A DNA stretch of 26,736 bases, taken from Candidatus Babeliales bacterium (GTDB lineage Bacteria > Babelota > Babeliae > Babelales > Vermiphilaceae). Numbering within the stretch: the first letter of the stretch is position 1; the number at the start of each line of letters is the position of its first letter. Below the pieces are notes generated by a model, which saw nothing but the letters and a program-made list of their open reading frames with translations, had not been told where the DNA came from and made no database searches. Location: NCBI GenBank assembly GCA_044451405.1, contig JBIOKB010000013.1, positions 1 to 26,736 on the forward strand, written 5' to 3'. A program made the translations under genes and the position numbers. Below are positions 1 to 8,856 of this stretch, piece after piece.

Positions 1-2139
1 CAGATAGGGTTATGGTATTTGCTTACTCGACGTTCGCTGCTGGTAGAGCTTGGTGATGATTACAATGAACTAACTGATGTTGTGTGGACAACATCTCCCG
101 ATATTGGTGGCGGCAAAGATCATAGAGCGCCCGCACTTGCATGTCCTGAGCCATTGCGCGCGGGAGGTTGGAAAAAGCAGGTTGAAGAGCATGACTTTAT
201 TCTTGAAATTGATAATAAATCGATTACCAATAGACCCGATTTATGGGGACACCGCGGCGTAGCACGTGAAATTGCAGCGCTGTTAGATATGCCACTCAAA
301 CCGCTGGATCTTAGCCATGTGGTTGTGCATGAAACCCCCCTTCGCTTATCCGGGTCATCAGACTCGGCAAGCTACGGCGGGCTGGCGCATCAGATGGCCT
401 TCACTATCAAAAATTCAGAGCCAACATTATGCAAACGTTTTACGGGTATGAGTATCAATTCTGTTACGTATACGCCGACACTTATTACGCACTTATTTCG
501 TTTAGCGCGCGTGGATGTAAAACCCATTAATGCGATTGTTGATGCAACCAATTATGTGATGTTTGATATCGGGCAACCAATGCATGCGTTTGACCTGGCA
601 ACTATTCCATCAAAAACAATTATGCCACGCCGTGCACGAGCAGGTGAAAAATTAACACTTCTTGATGGACAAAATATTACTCTGCAACCAACTGATTTGG
701 TAATAGCAGATGATGCCCGTCCATTATCACTTGCCGGTATTATGGGTGGTAGCGCTACAGGAATTACTCCTCATACACACGCTGTGTTTGTTGAAGCAGC
801 TTGTTTTGATCCAACCACCATTCGCCATTCAAGTAGTGCACACAAATTACGCACCGATGCGTCAGCGCGATTTGAAAAAAATCTTGATCCTGAGCAAACG
901 AGTATCGCGCTTAAGCGCTTTATAAAAGTATTACAGGATGCCCATATTCCAATGGATGGCATCAGTGATATTGTTTCACTGGGTGCAGCATCACATCCGC
1001 TTGTTATTCACCTTGATCATCAGCTGCTTGAAGATCGATTAGGTATCACTATTACATCAGCACGTGTTGTTGCTATTCTTGAGCGCTTAGGGTTTGTAAT
1101 TCGTATGCATGATAGTGTGTATGAAATTACGGTACCAAGCTGGCGAGCAACAAAAGATATAACTATTAAAGAAGATATTATTGAAGAAGTAGCACGCTTT
1201 TTTGGTTACACCAACATTGTGCCCGTGTTGCCCTATAAACAAACACAGCCACATGATTTAACGCGTGTGTATCGTGTACGTAGAATTAAGCAACATCTAG
1301 CGTATGGACTTTCTTTCCATGAAGTTTCAACGTATGCGCTCTATGACGAACAGTTTTTGCGCATCCTGCGTTGGGAACCAGCAGAAACAGCAGTGGTTAA
1401 AAATCCGGTGTCAGAACATTGGCGACGATTAGTTACATCGTTAATGCCGCATTTATTTAAAGCAGTAGCAACTAATAGTACTGAACATGATGAGTTGCGC
1501 TTTTTTGAATGGGGTCGTACCTGGCGTGTTGCAGCTCCTATTGAAGAACAGAAAGCGTTGGCGGGAATCATATTTAGTAAACAAAAACAGGTTGATTTTT
1601 ATCAAGCAAAAGCAGAACTTACTTCACTTTTTGATATGCTTGCGTTACCGGTAGAGTGGCGTAAAGTTAATAAACCAGAGCATCCGTGGTTTATGCCCTA
1701 TCAAACAGCACAGCTGATACATAATAATCAGCCTATCGGGTTTGCCGGCAAAGTACACCCGCTCTTTTTGCAAACACTCACGGAAGGTGATGCATTTATT
1801 TTTGAAATCAATGGTGATGTGTTACTTGAATATATACAACCAACAATGCGCTTTGTTCCACAATCAAAATATCCTGCGGTTGTACGCGATGTAAGTATGT
1901 TAGTACCATTACGCCGCACGGCAGATGAATTGCGTGCCTGTATAACAGATATAGATCCGACTATTGTTGATGTGCAGTTAGTTGATTTCTTTGAAAAAGA
2001 TACATGGAAAGATCAGCGTTCATATACGTTCCGTTTTGTTATCCAAAATGAATACAAAACATTAACCAAAACAGACATCGATGCGCTCTATGATCGCGTG
2101 GTAGCAGCATTGCATGAACGTGGTGCAACCGTACGATAA
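1..2139 (+). CDS. pheT: Phenylalanine--tRNA ligase beta subunit (5'-truncated by window edge)
   Basis: Frame is open from base 1 (CAG ATA GGG...). Motifs: [19 protein letters not shown] (B1), [22 protein letters not shown] and LAGIMGG...FVEAACF...TDASARFEK (B3/4), [22 protein letters not shown] (B5), [14 protein letters not shown] (FDX-ACB). Confidence 0.97.
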   Translation, partial: QIGLWYLLTRRSLLVELGDDYNELTDVVWTTSPDIGGGKDHRAPALACPEPLRAGGWKKQVEEHDFILEIDNKSITNRPDLWGHRGVAREIAALLDMPLKPLDLSHVVVHETPLRLSGSSDSASYGGLAHQMAFTIKNSEPTLCKRFTGMSINSVTYTPTLITHLFRLARVDVKPINAIVDATNYVMFDIGQPMHAFDLATIPSKTIMPRRARAGEKLTLLDGQNITLQPTDLVIADDARPLSLAGIMGGSATGITPHTHAVFVEAACFDPTTIRHSSSAHKLRTDASARFEKNLDPEQTSIALKRFIKVLQDAHIPMDGISDIVSLGAASHPLVIHLDHQLLEDRLGITITSARVVAILERLGFVIRMHDSVYEITVPSWRATKDITIKEDIIEEVARFFGYTNIVPVLPYKQTQPHDLTRVYRVRRIKQHLAYGLSFHEVSTYALYDEQFLRILRWEPAETAVVKNPVSEHWRRLVTSLMPHLFKAVATNSTEHDELRFFEWGRTWRVAAPIEEQKALAGIIFSKQKQVDFYQAKAELTSLFDMLALPVEWRKVNKPEHPWFMPYQTAQLIHNNQPIGFAGKVHPLFLQTLTEGDAFIFEINGDVLLEYIQPTMRFVPQSKYPAVVRDVSMLVPLRRTADELRACITDIDPTIVDVQLVDFFEKDTWKDQRSYTFRFVIQNEYKTLTKTDIDALYDRVVAALHERGATVR
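339..382 (+). repeat. Palindromic repeat element (family A) in frame inside pheT
   Basis: CCTTCGCTTATCCGGGTCATCAGACTCGGCAAGCTACGGCGGGC matches the reverse complement of intergenic 19309-19352 at 40/44 nt. Hairpin CCGGGTC-ATCA-GACTCGG flanked by GCTT/AAGC. Confidence 0.88.
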
Positions 2140-2142
2140 GCT

Positions 2143-2598
2143 ATGATTTATAATTTGTTTTATTACGCACTATTTCTTGTAATTTTTATCATGGATCGCA
2201 TAACCAAGCAGTCTGCACTTACATACGCAGTGCAACCACAGGTTGTGAATGATTATGTATCGTTTGAATTGATGTTTAACCGCGGTGTTTCATGGAGCAT
2301 GTTTCATTCAGATACTACTCTCACGTTTGGATTGGTTACGGTAGCTGTTATGGGGATCACCGTATCACTTACCTATTATGCGTATAGACGCATGTATGCA
2401 GGGCATACTATTATCGGTGAATTGCTCATACTTGCTGGTGCGAGTTCTAACATTATTGATCGCTGTATCTATCACGGTGTTATTGATTTTGTAGCGCTTA
2501 CGTGTGGATCGTGGACGTTTCCTGTATTCAATATAGCAGATGTAAGTATTATTATTGGCGTTATTCTTATGCTATGGACTCATGGGCGGGATTTATGA
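2143..2598 (+). CDS. lspA: Lipoprotein signal peptidase (signal peptidase II)
   Basis: NRGVSWSM, GASSNIIDR, VIDF and FPVFNIAD motifs; four hydrophobic segments. Confidence 0.96.
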   Translation: MIYNLFYYALFLVIFIMDRITKQSALTYAVQPQVVNDYVSFELMFNRGVSWSMFHSDTTLTFGLVTVAVMGITVSLTYYAYRRMYAGHTIIGELLILAGASSNIIDRCIYHGVIDFVALTCGSWTFPVFNIADVSIIIGVILMLWTHGRDL

Positions 2599-3062
2599 AT
2601 ATACAACATATACTGGTTAGGCTGGCAACTCTGGGGCCCATCGGCTTAGTGCGTGGTGGCGGGACTTTTGCTTCAGCATGTACGTTACCTCTTATTGCAT
2701 TATTAGCTTTTTTGAAAGTCTCCTTTTTTAACTACATTCTGTGTGTTGTAAGTGTACTGGTACTTGCATTGTTTGCTGCCCGTGCTGCGTTGCCGGTATA
2801 TCAAGGGTTGCGTGATGAAGATACAAAAGATCCTGGTGAAATTGTTATTGACGAAGTGCTTGGATGTCTGATTACATTTTCTGGTATTACCATCTCATGG
2901 AGTTCTATACTCTGGGGTTTTCTTATATTTCGATTATTGGATATTAATAAACCATTTGGTATTAAGCGATTAGAATATTTTTATGGGCCATGGGGTATTC
3001 TGTTTGATGATATGGCAGCAGGGTTGTATGCCAATCTGATTCTTATCATTATAGGCTATTAA
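2595..3062 (+). CDS. pgpA: Phosphatidylglycerophosphatase A
   Basis: DPGEIVIDEVLG, FRLLDINKP and GILFDDMAAG motifs. Start placed at ATG 2595 (ATGA overlap with the lspA stop) rather than 2502. Confidence 0.93.
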   Translation: MNIQHILVRLATLGPIGLVRGGGTFASACTLPLIALLAFLKVSFFNYILCVVSVLVLALFAARAALPVYQGLRDEDTKDPGEIVIDEVLGCLITFSGITISWSSILWGFLIFRLLDINKPFGIKRLEYFYGPWGILFDDMAAGLYANLILIIIGY

Positions 3063-3727
3063 TGCTGAATAAAATGGCACGCTGGGCATATGACCAGTGC
3101 TCGCTTATTGTAGCACCTCCCGTATGTGCCTATTGTAAACGGTTACTTGCTGAGCGGCAGATTTTGTGTGGTACATGTGTATCAGCAATTACGCCTATTG
3201 TGTCAACAACACTAGAAATTACCAAAAAGTATCCGATGACGGTGTTTGCTATCACGCAGTATAAAGATCCTATTAAATCACTCATTTTGGCAAAACGATC
3301 GCGCGCTATTATTGCAAGTTACCAACTTGGCGAGCTGATGTGGCAATGTACACCGTTACGCTATACTCCTATTGATTATATTATTCCGGTGCCACTGCAT
3401 TGGACGCGTTTTGTGTATCGTGGGTACAATCAAGCAGAAGAAAGTGCTCGGATTATTGCTACCCATGCGCACAGACCGGTAGTTCAATTACTCAAGCGTG
3501 TTAAATGGACGTCGTATCAATCATCGGTGAATGTTACTGAGCGGGAACCAAATATTGATGGTGCTTTTGCGCTCGCTACACACGATAAAGCATTGTATCG
3601 TGATAAGCATCTCCTGCTGGTAGATGATCTTATGACAACCGGTGTTACATTACATAAAGCAGCCCGAGAGTTAGTTGCTCTCAGGCCAGCATCTATTACT
3701 GCAGTTGTCGCCGCGCGTGTTGTGTAA
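3062..3727 (+). CDS. comF: ComF-family phosphoribosyltransferase-like protein with N-terminal zinc finger
   Basis: CAYC...CGTC, PVPLHWTR..YRGYNQA and LLVDDLMTTG (PRT loop); TAATG overlap with pgpA. Confidence 0.92.
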   Translation: MLNKMARWAYDQCSLIVAPPVCAYCKRLLAERQILCGTCVSAITPIVSTTLEITKKYPMTVFAITQYKDPIKSLILAKRSRAIIASYQLGELMWQCTPLRYTPIDYIIPVPLHWTRFVYRGYNQAEESARIIATHAHRPVVQLLKRVKWTSYQSSVNVTEREPNIDGAFALATHDKALYRDKHLLLVDDLMTTGVTLHKAARELVALRPASITAVVAARVV

Positions 3728-4666
3728 TTATGATTTTTGTTCTTCTGTGTGTTGAGTTCCAGACAATCTGCGCATACCATTGGTAGATTTTTTGCCAACT
3801 AAATCAAAGGGGCTTGTTCCAGTAATAGTAATTTTGCTGTTAAGTAACGCGAGGGTGGCGAGCGCATCTTTAATTTGGACAATAGCTTGTTGTTTCATGA
3901 TACCTAAATCTGCTTGATTAAGTTCTATCTTATGTGCTTCTGCCCATTTAACTAGTTTGCTCATGCGTACAATAATATTTTTTTCTTTGCGATCCGCTGC
4001 TTTTTGTACCAGTTCATTTGCAGCATGACCAAATTTTGCACGTTGTGAGTCTGCGGTGGGTAATGCTACTGCAAGGGTTTGCCCGTCGACATGTTTTTTT
4101 AAATAATTTTCATGTGAAAAGGCCTGGTAATCAGCAGCATCTTTTATTCTCCCAAATAGCGTTAAGCCCTGGATTTGTTCTGGGTGACGCGTAATATCTG
4201 CTACTGTTGAAAATGGAAGGTCTGGCACAGAATTAAAGTCTGGTGTAGTACTGCTCAGTGCAGGCGCTATAGTTGAAGTGAGTGCTGGTGATGCCGGTGC
4301 TGCTGTAGTAGCAGGAGGAACTAAAGCAGCGGGTGTAGATTCTTTTTCTTTAGTGAGAAACGCAGAGAATCGTGTTAATGGAGCAGGAGTTGCTTCGATG
4401 CTTGGAAGGGCAGAAGAGCTGGTTGTTGCAGGTGTTGCAGGAGGAACTAAGGCAGGTAAGGCAAGCGTGGGTTCAACAGGAGTTTGTGTTAATTCAGTAG
4501 GAGTAGAAACTAATGTTGCTGCTGGTGCTGCTGCAGGAAGTGTTGCCACTGATGTCGTGGGTGATGGGCATTTATTTTTATCTTTTCGTTTTTCTGCTCC
4601 AACAAGTGACGTATTTACGAGTATGCAAAAAACCCATGCGCCCAGTAGACGGATATACGTATTCAT
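3728..4666 (-). CDS. Secreted hypothetical protein with Pro/Thr/Ala-rich low-complexity N-terminal half
   Basis: 312-aa ORF; signal-peptide-like N-terminus (MNTYIRLLGAWVFCILVNTSLVGA|E); AAAGGGA upstream; repeated ALVPPAT unit; helical C-terminal region. Confidence 0.8.
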   Translation of the reverse strand: MNTYIRLLGAWVFCILVNTSLVGAEKRKDKNKCPSPTTSVATLPAAAPAATLVSTPTELTQTPVEPTLALPALVPPATPATTSSSALPSIEATPAPLTRFSAFLTKEKESTPAALVPPATTAAPASPALTSTIAPALSSTTPDFNSVPDLPFSTVADITRHPEQIQGLTLFGRIKDAADYQAFSHENYLKKHVDGQTLAVALPTADSQRAKFGHAANELVQKAADRKEKNIIVRMSKLVKWAEAHKIELNQADLGIMKQQAIVQIKDALATLALLNSKITITGTSPFDLVGKKSTNGMRRLSGTQHTEEQKS

Positions 4667-4853
4667 ACAATCCCTTTACGAATATATGGTTAGAATGCCG
4701 TTTCTGCGAACAAAGCATAGCTGAAAATATAGACAATGCTATCAAATCTTAGGGAGCTTTTTTAGTTGATCAGATTTGTAAATGCGGTATTCTAAGGTGC
4801 TGTCACCTATATAAAATAGCGCTAATACCGTATCATTTTCCAAAAGGATTTTT

Positions 4854-5906
4854 ATGAATACTAGTCCGTCATTCTCTAAAAAAATGAGCTTGCTCATGGT
4901 ATGTCTTTTAATAACCATGCTTCCTGGGTGTGCGGTACTTAATTGGTTTAAGGGTAAGATGGGTTCAAATTCTTCAACAAGCGGGACATCTACTTTAGAT
5001 AAAGATGTTCTTGCATCATTGAATGGTAAGTCGATTATTACCGTTGAGAGTTTAAATGCAGATTTCAATCAATTGCTTGAAGAAAATCCCCAGTTAAAAT
5101 CAGTATTACCATTGATGCCTGATGCAAAGTATAACTTTTTGATGGGCATGGTAAGCCAAGCAGTTGTTGATAAGTATATTGAAGATAGCGGTATTGATAA
5201 AACGGCTGAATACAAAAAAGAACTTGAAAATACTATGCGTTCAGTAAAACGGATGTTAAATACCAAATATTTTGGCCTTAAACACCCAGTGGCAGTAACT
5301 GATGCAGAAGTAAAGAAGTTCTACGAAGAAAATAAAGAATCAATGCCAGATTTACTCGTATCTCGTGGTGGCGTTAAAGCTATGGGTATCCAGTTTGATA
5401 AAGAGGCAACTGCTAAGGATTTCTTAGCTAAGGCAAAAGGTCAAAATTTTAATGCAATTGCGGCACAACTCGGCCTTAAAGATAAGGTAGTAGATTTCAA
5501 GTTGGTCAATAACCAAAGCTTAGGTGTTGATACTGCACTTCGCACTAAGATTGCTGCATTCAAAAAATTCCCTGCTCTTGAAATGATTGCTGATAGCGCT
5601 GGTAAAAAGTGGGTGGTGTATGCATCAGGATCTGAAGCGCCTGAATACCGTCCGTTTGAACAAGTAAAAGCACCGCTCAAGCAGTTTGTTGAAAAAGAAA
5701 AACGCATGGAACTCTTTGATAAAGAAATTAACAAACTCAAAGATCAATACAAAGTAGAAATCAACGAAACATATTTCAAGAATCAAGAACAAGAAGTACA
5801 ACCAAATTCACCTGAAGCTCAACAGTTAATGGATATGTTGCAACAAGGACAAGAAGCTGGTGAAGAAGAAGAGCAAAAACCAGCATCAGCTGCTCGTGCT
5901 GCGTAA
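4854..5906 (+). CDS. PrsA/PpiC-like foldase lipoprotein with degenerate parvulin domain
   Basis: Lipobox-like LPG|C; VLASLNGKSIIT, VTDAEVKKFYEENK, RPFEQVKAPLK and KLKDQYKVEINE match the PrsA/parvulin chaperone scaffold. Confidence 0.82.
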   Translation: MNTSPSFSKKMSLLMVCLLITMLPGCAVLNWFKGKMGSNSSTSGTSTLDKDVLASLNGKSIITVESLNADFNQLLEENPQLKSVLPLMPDAKYNFLMGMVSQAVVDKYIEDSGIDKTAEYKKELENTMRSVKRMLNTKYFGLKHPVAVTDAEVKKFYEENKESMPDLLVSRGGVKAMGIQFDKEATAKDFLAKAKGQNFNAIAAQLGLKDKVVDFKLVNNQSLGVDTALRTKIAAFKKFPALEMIADSAGKKWVVYASGSEAPEYRPFEQVKAPLKQFVEKEKRMELFDKEINKLKDQYKVEINETYFKNQEQEVQPNSPEAQQLMDMLQQGQEAGEEEEQKPASAARAA

Positions 5907-5920
5907 GAGATAACATAGAT

Positions 5921-5959
5921 AAAAAAGGGAATTTACTTATCAGTAGATTCCCTTTTTTT
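5921..5959 (+). terminator. Rho-independent terminator-like hairpin (A-tract and T-tract, potentially bidirectional)
   Basis: AAAAAAGGGAATTTACT-TATC-AGTAGATTCCCTTTTTTT, 14 nt after the stop of 4854..5906. Confidence 0.8.
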
Positions 5960-5973
5960 ATAGAGGTGAGTAT

Positions 5974-7029
5974 ATGAAATTAAAAAATATAGTAGTTTTC
6001 ATGCTTGGCGTGACTGGTTTTGCTTTTGCGAAAGAAACCCCAGACGCGACTGTTTCATCAGAGGTTCCAGTACAAGAAAACAATAGTACACAAGGGCATG
6101 AGCCTAAGAATGCAGGAAAATCTGCTAAACAAGAGCAGCCTGTTAATGCGCCAAAACCAGTTAAGCAAAAAAAGAAGCCACAGAAAGATAATAAGAAAAC
6201 ACAGCACCTTCAAGATAATTTGGTTCCATTACACGCATTTACCATCAATAAAATAGTAGCATCTATCTACACCGAGGAAGATAGCGCTATTATTACCCAG
6301 CTTGATGTAGAACGGCTTACCTTGCAGGGGGAAAAGCGCACCCTTGAAGAGATAATTTTTGAAAAATTAGTGTTCCTCGATGCAAAAGCACATAAAGTAG
6401 TACCTGATGAGGAAGCCATTGATCGTTACTTGCAAACAGTACAGCGTGAAAATAATTTGACGCTTGATCAATTAAAAATGATCTTTAAATCTGCTGGTTA
6501 TACCTATGAAGAAGGTCGCGAGCAGTTTGCTATCATGTCAACGGTAAATTCTATGATTGATTATAAGATACGATCCCGTCTAATAGTACCTGAAAAAGAT
6601 ATAGATGCGTATTATAAAGCGCATCCAGAAATGGAAGAACCGCGTTATTATGTTGAAATGGCAGCAGTTCCATGGTCATCTGAATATGAAGGCGAAGAAT
6701 TCAAGCATAGACTTATCCTATATGCGCAAGGGAAAAAGGATTTTCCCGATATTAGTTGGAATGAACCATTTTGGATTAGTAAAATTGATATAGCTGAAGA
6801 TAAAGAATTTATTACCCAGCTCAAAGAAGGGCAGATTTCAAATCCGTACGAAGGTGTTCAGGGTTTTGAATTGTATCGGGTAAAAGAAATTCAACCAGAG
6901 AGGCTTAAACCACTTGAAGGGGATCGTTATAAAGAAATTTCTGATCTTCTAAGGCGGCCACGGTTTGAACAATTAATGACTGAATACAAGAAAGAGCTTT
7001 TTGATAATGCATCGATTGTGTATTACTAA
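5974..7029 (+). CDS. SurA-like periplasmic chaperone (SurA N-domain plus degenerate parvulin)
   Basis: Signal peptide (…GFAFA|K); SD GAGGTG; INKIVASI…IITQLDV, EEAIDRYLQTVQRENNLTLDQLK, LKEGQISNP and ELFDNASIVY resemble SurA. Confidence 0.8.
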   Translation: MKLKNIVVFMLGVTGFAFAKETPDATVSSEVPVQENNSTQGHEPKNAGKSAKQEQPVNAPKPVKQKKKPQKDNKKTQHLQDNLVPLHAFTINKIVASIYTEEDSAIITQLDVERLTLQGEKRTLEEIIFEKLVFLDAKAHKVVPDEEAIDRYLQTVQRENNLTLDQLKMIFKSAGYTYEEGREQFAIMSTVNSMIDYKIRSRLIVPEKDIDAYYKAHPEMEEPRYYVEMAAVPWSSEYEGEEFKHRLILYAQGKKDFPDISWNEPFWISKIDIAEDKEFITQLKEGQISNPYEGVQGFELYRVKEIQPERLKPLEGDRYKEISDLLRRPRFEQLMTEYKKELFDNASIVYY

Positions 7030-7121
7030 CGTATAGGTATGTGTACCGTTGTTTTTTCTATATTTGGTGTTCTTCACTGTGTCATACTGAACAAAAAAGG
7101 GGGTAACCAGTGAGTACAAAA

Positions 7122-8852
7122 ATGAATGTGTATGTAACGCTATTCTGTGTGAGTATGTTCATAGTATCTGGTAATATCTGGGGTGCAGAAATTTTACCAG
7201 CACTATCAAAGAAAAAGCAGGGATTCTTTGCAAAAGTTAGCCTTGCAGCCAAGCAAACAAAAAATGCTTTTTCTAGAAAAAAGAAGAATAAAGTAGCACC
7301 AGATACACTACCTATTGCAGAACCCGGGTTACTTGCAGGCCAGCAAAGGTTTATGCAACAGTCAAAAACACCCACTCCTGTAGACTATAGGAAATCACCA
7401 AAACCACCCCTCTCCGCTTATCCAGTCTTCGCTCTTCCTACGAAGGAAAACACGAGCAGCAAAAAGCTACGCCTGGCTGACGCCGGGTTAACTCTTCAGG
7501 CTCGGCAAGCTTCGCCGGGCTATCCGCCCGTTCTTTTAGCGCCAGTCTATAGGCTTCATGTAGGCTCACCTAGTTCACCAGGAGCACTATCACCGTTGTC
7601 ACCCGCTCCTTCTTCATTTTTATCATCGAGTTCATCAGAATCAGAGACTCCTGCATCTTCTGGCAGATCAGATCGGTCGGGGCTATCTTCTGTATCGCCA
7701 GCTTCTCCCGCATCTCCTGCGCCTCTTGCATCTTCACCCGATCGATATGTTGTAGAGCAACAACCAGTAGTAGATGTGGCGGCAATGCTTAAAATTACTA
7801 CGTCGCCTGCTATAATTCCTACGCCCGATGAACCAACACTCCAGGAATTCATGTTGCCGGGTGCTGCTCAATCAGAAAAGCCTGCGGCAACAGGTGCACG
7901 TGTTTTGTCAGCCGCTATTGCGCGACGGGGATCGAGTGTGATGCCAGAATGTAGTGATGTAGTTGAGGATGAGGAAGTACGCGAAAAAGAAGGTGATTTC
8001 CGAAGAAGAACAAGCAACGGCAGTGGATCACGGCATGTTTCGGTTGGTTCTTTAGGAGAACTACCGGATAATCTCGATGGGCAGGAATATGATGATGAAT
8101 TTGGCCATATCGATTTTGATGAACTGGCAGTTGCTGGTCAAGTGGACATTATTCCAGCTAAACCGGTGACGATGAAAGATCTTGCTGCATTAAGACAATC
8201 TGATATACGAGAAATAGCCTCACAAGATGATGCTTGGACCCCATTAATGTGGGCAGCTAACACTGGTGATCTTGAGAAAATCAGGTCGATGGAGTTTACC
8301 TACGACGATATAAAAGACGGGCATGGCCAACCAGGAAAAGAGAAAACGTACGCACTTGAACTTGCCAGAAAAGGGCGTGATGCAATAATGAGAGAATTGG
8401 AAAAGAATCCTATTGCATACTTAGAAGAATATGATGAGGATTTTCTTGAAGTTGTTGAGCGGTATATACAGCATAATAAATCGGGTAGTGACACGGAAGT
8501 TCTATTTAACGCTTTGGAATTGCAAGATTTATTTAACGCTGTAGCAAAAGATCTTGATAAGAGAATAAAAGAATTAGGAAGAAAGTTAAGAGAAGAAGAT
8601 CTCAGTAGAAGGGAACGACGGGAATATTCGTCATGGATAACTCGATTAGAGATAGCATCAGCGAAACTCAATACACCCATGTCTCCTGTACAAATAATTG
8701 AAGAAGTGCAAAGCTTGTATAAAGAATATCAAGAATATGAACAATACCTCAAAAATTACGTGGGAATTCTGCAACTATTTTCCCAAAAAATTCTCGAGGA
8801 TTGCTCCAGCAGAAATGAAAAATTAGAAAAAATGATGAAGCGAGTTGAATAG
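7122..8852 (+). CDS. Secreted hypothetical protein: Ser/Pro-rich disordered region, one ankyrin-like repeat, C-terminal coiled coil
   Basis: Long ORF (GTG 7110 or ATG 7122); signal peptide …GNIWGA|E; WTPLMWAANTGDLEKIR is ankyrin-like; charged helical C-terminus. Confidence 0.8.
   Translation: MNVYVTLFCVSMFIVSGNIWGAEILPALSKKKQGFFAKVSLAAKQTKNAFSRKKKNKVAPDTLPIAEPGLLAGQQRFMQQSKTPTPVDYRKSPKPPLSAYPVFALPTKENTSSKKLRLADAGLTLQARQASPGYPPVLLAPVYRLHVGSPSSPGALSPLSPAPSSFLSSSSSESETPASSGRSDRSGLSSVSPASPASPAPLASSPDRYVVEQQPVVDVAAMLKITTSPAIIPTPDEPTLQEFMLPGAAQSEKPAATGARVLSAAIARRGSSVMPECSDVVEDEEVREKEGDFRRRTSNGSGSRHVSVGSLGELPDNLDGQEYDDEFGHIDFDELAVAGQVDIIPAKPVTMKDLAALRQSDIREIASQDDAWTPLMWAANTGDLEKIRSMEFTYDDIKDGHGQPGKEKTYALELARKGRDAIMRELEKNPIAYLEEYDEDFLEVVERYIQHNKSGSDTEVLFNALELQDLFNAVAKDLDKRIKELGRKLREEDLSRRERREYSSWITRLEIASAKLNTPMSPVQIIEEVQSLYKEYQEYEQYLKNYVGILQLFSQKILEDCSSRNEKLEKMMKRVE
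7407..7520 (+). repeat. Nested copy of palindromic repeat family A inside a CDS
   Basis: Outer halves CGCTTATCC … CCGGGTT…TCAGGCTCGGCAAGCTTCGCCGGGC resemble the pheT and 19309 element. The inner segment CCAGTCTTCGCT…AAGCTACGCCTGG has the same TTCGCT/AAGCTAC architecture. Confidence 0.75.
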
Positions 8853-8856
8853 TAAG

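Noticed and set aside
2502-2594. Extended N-terminus of pgpA
   Set aside because: It overlaps lspA by about 95 nt; ATG 2595 with ATGA coupling fits the PgpA family better.
4278-4752. Plus-strand ORFs 4278..4724 and 4513..4752
   Set aside because: Antisense shadows of the low-complexity minus-strand gene, which has the signal peptide and SD.
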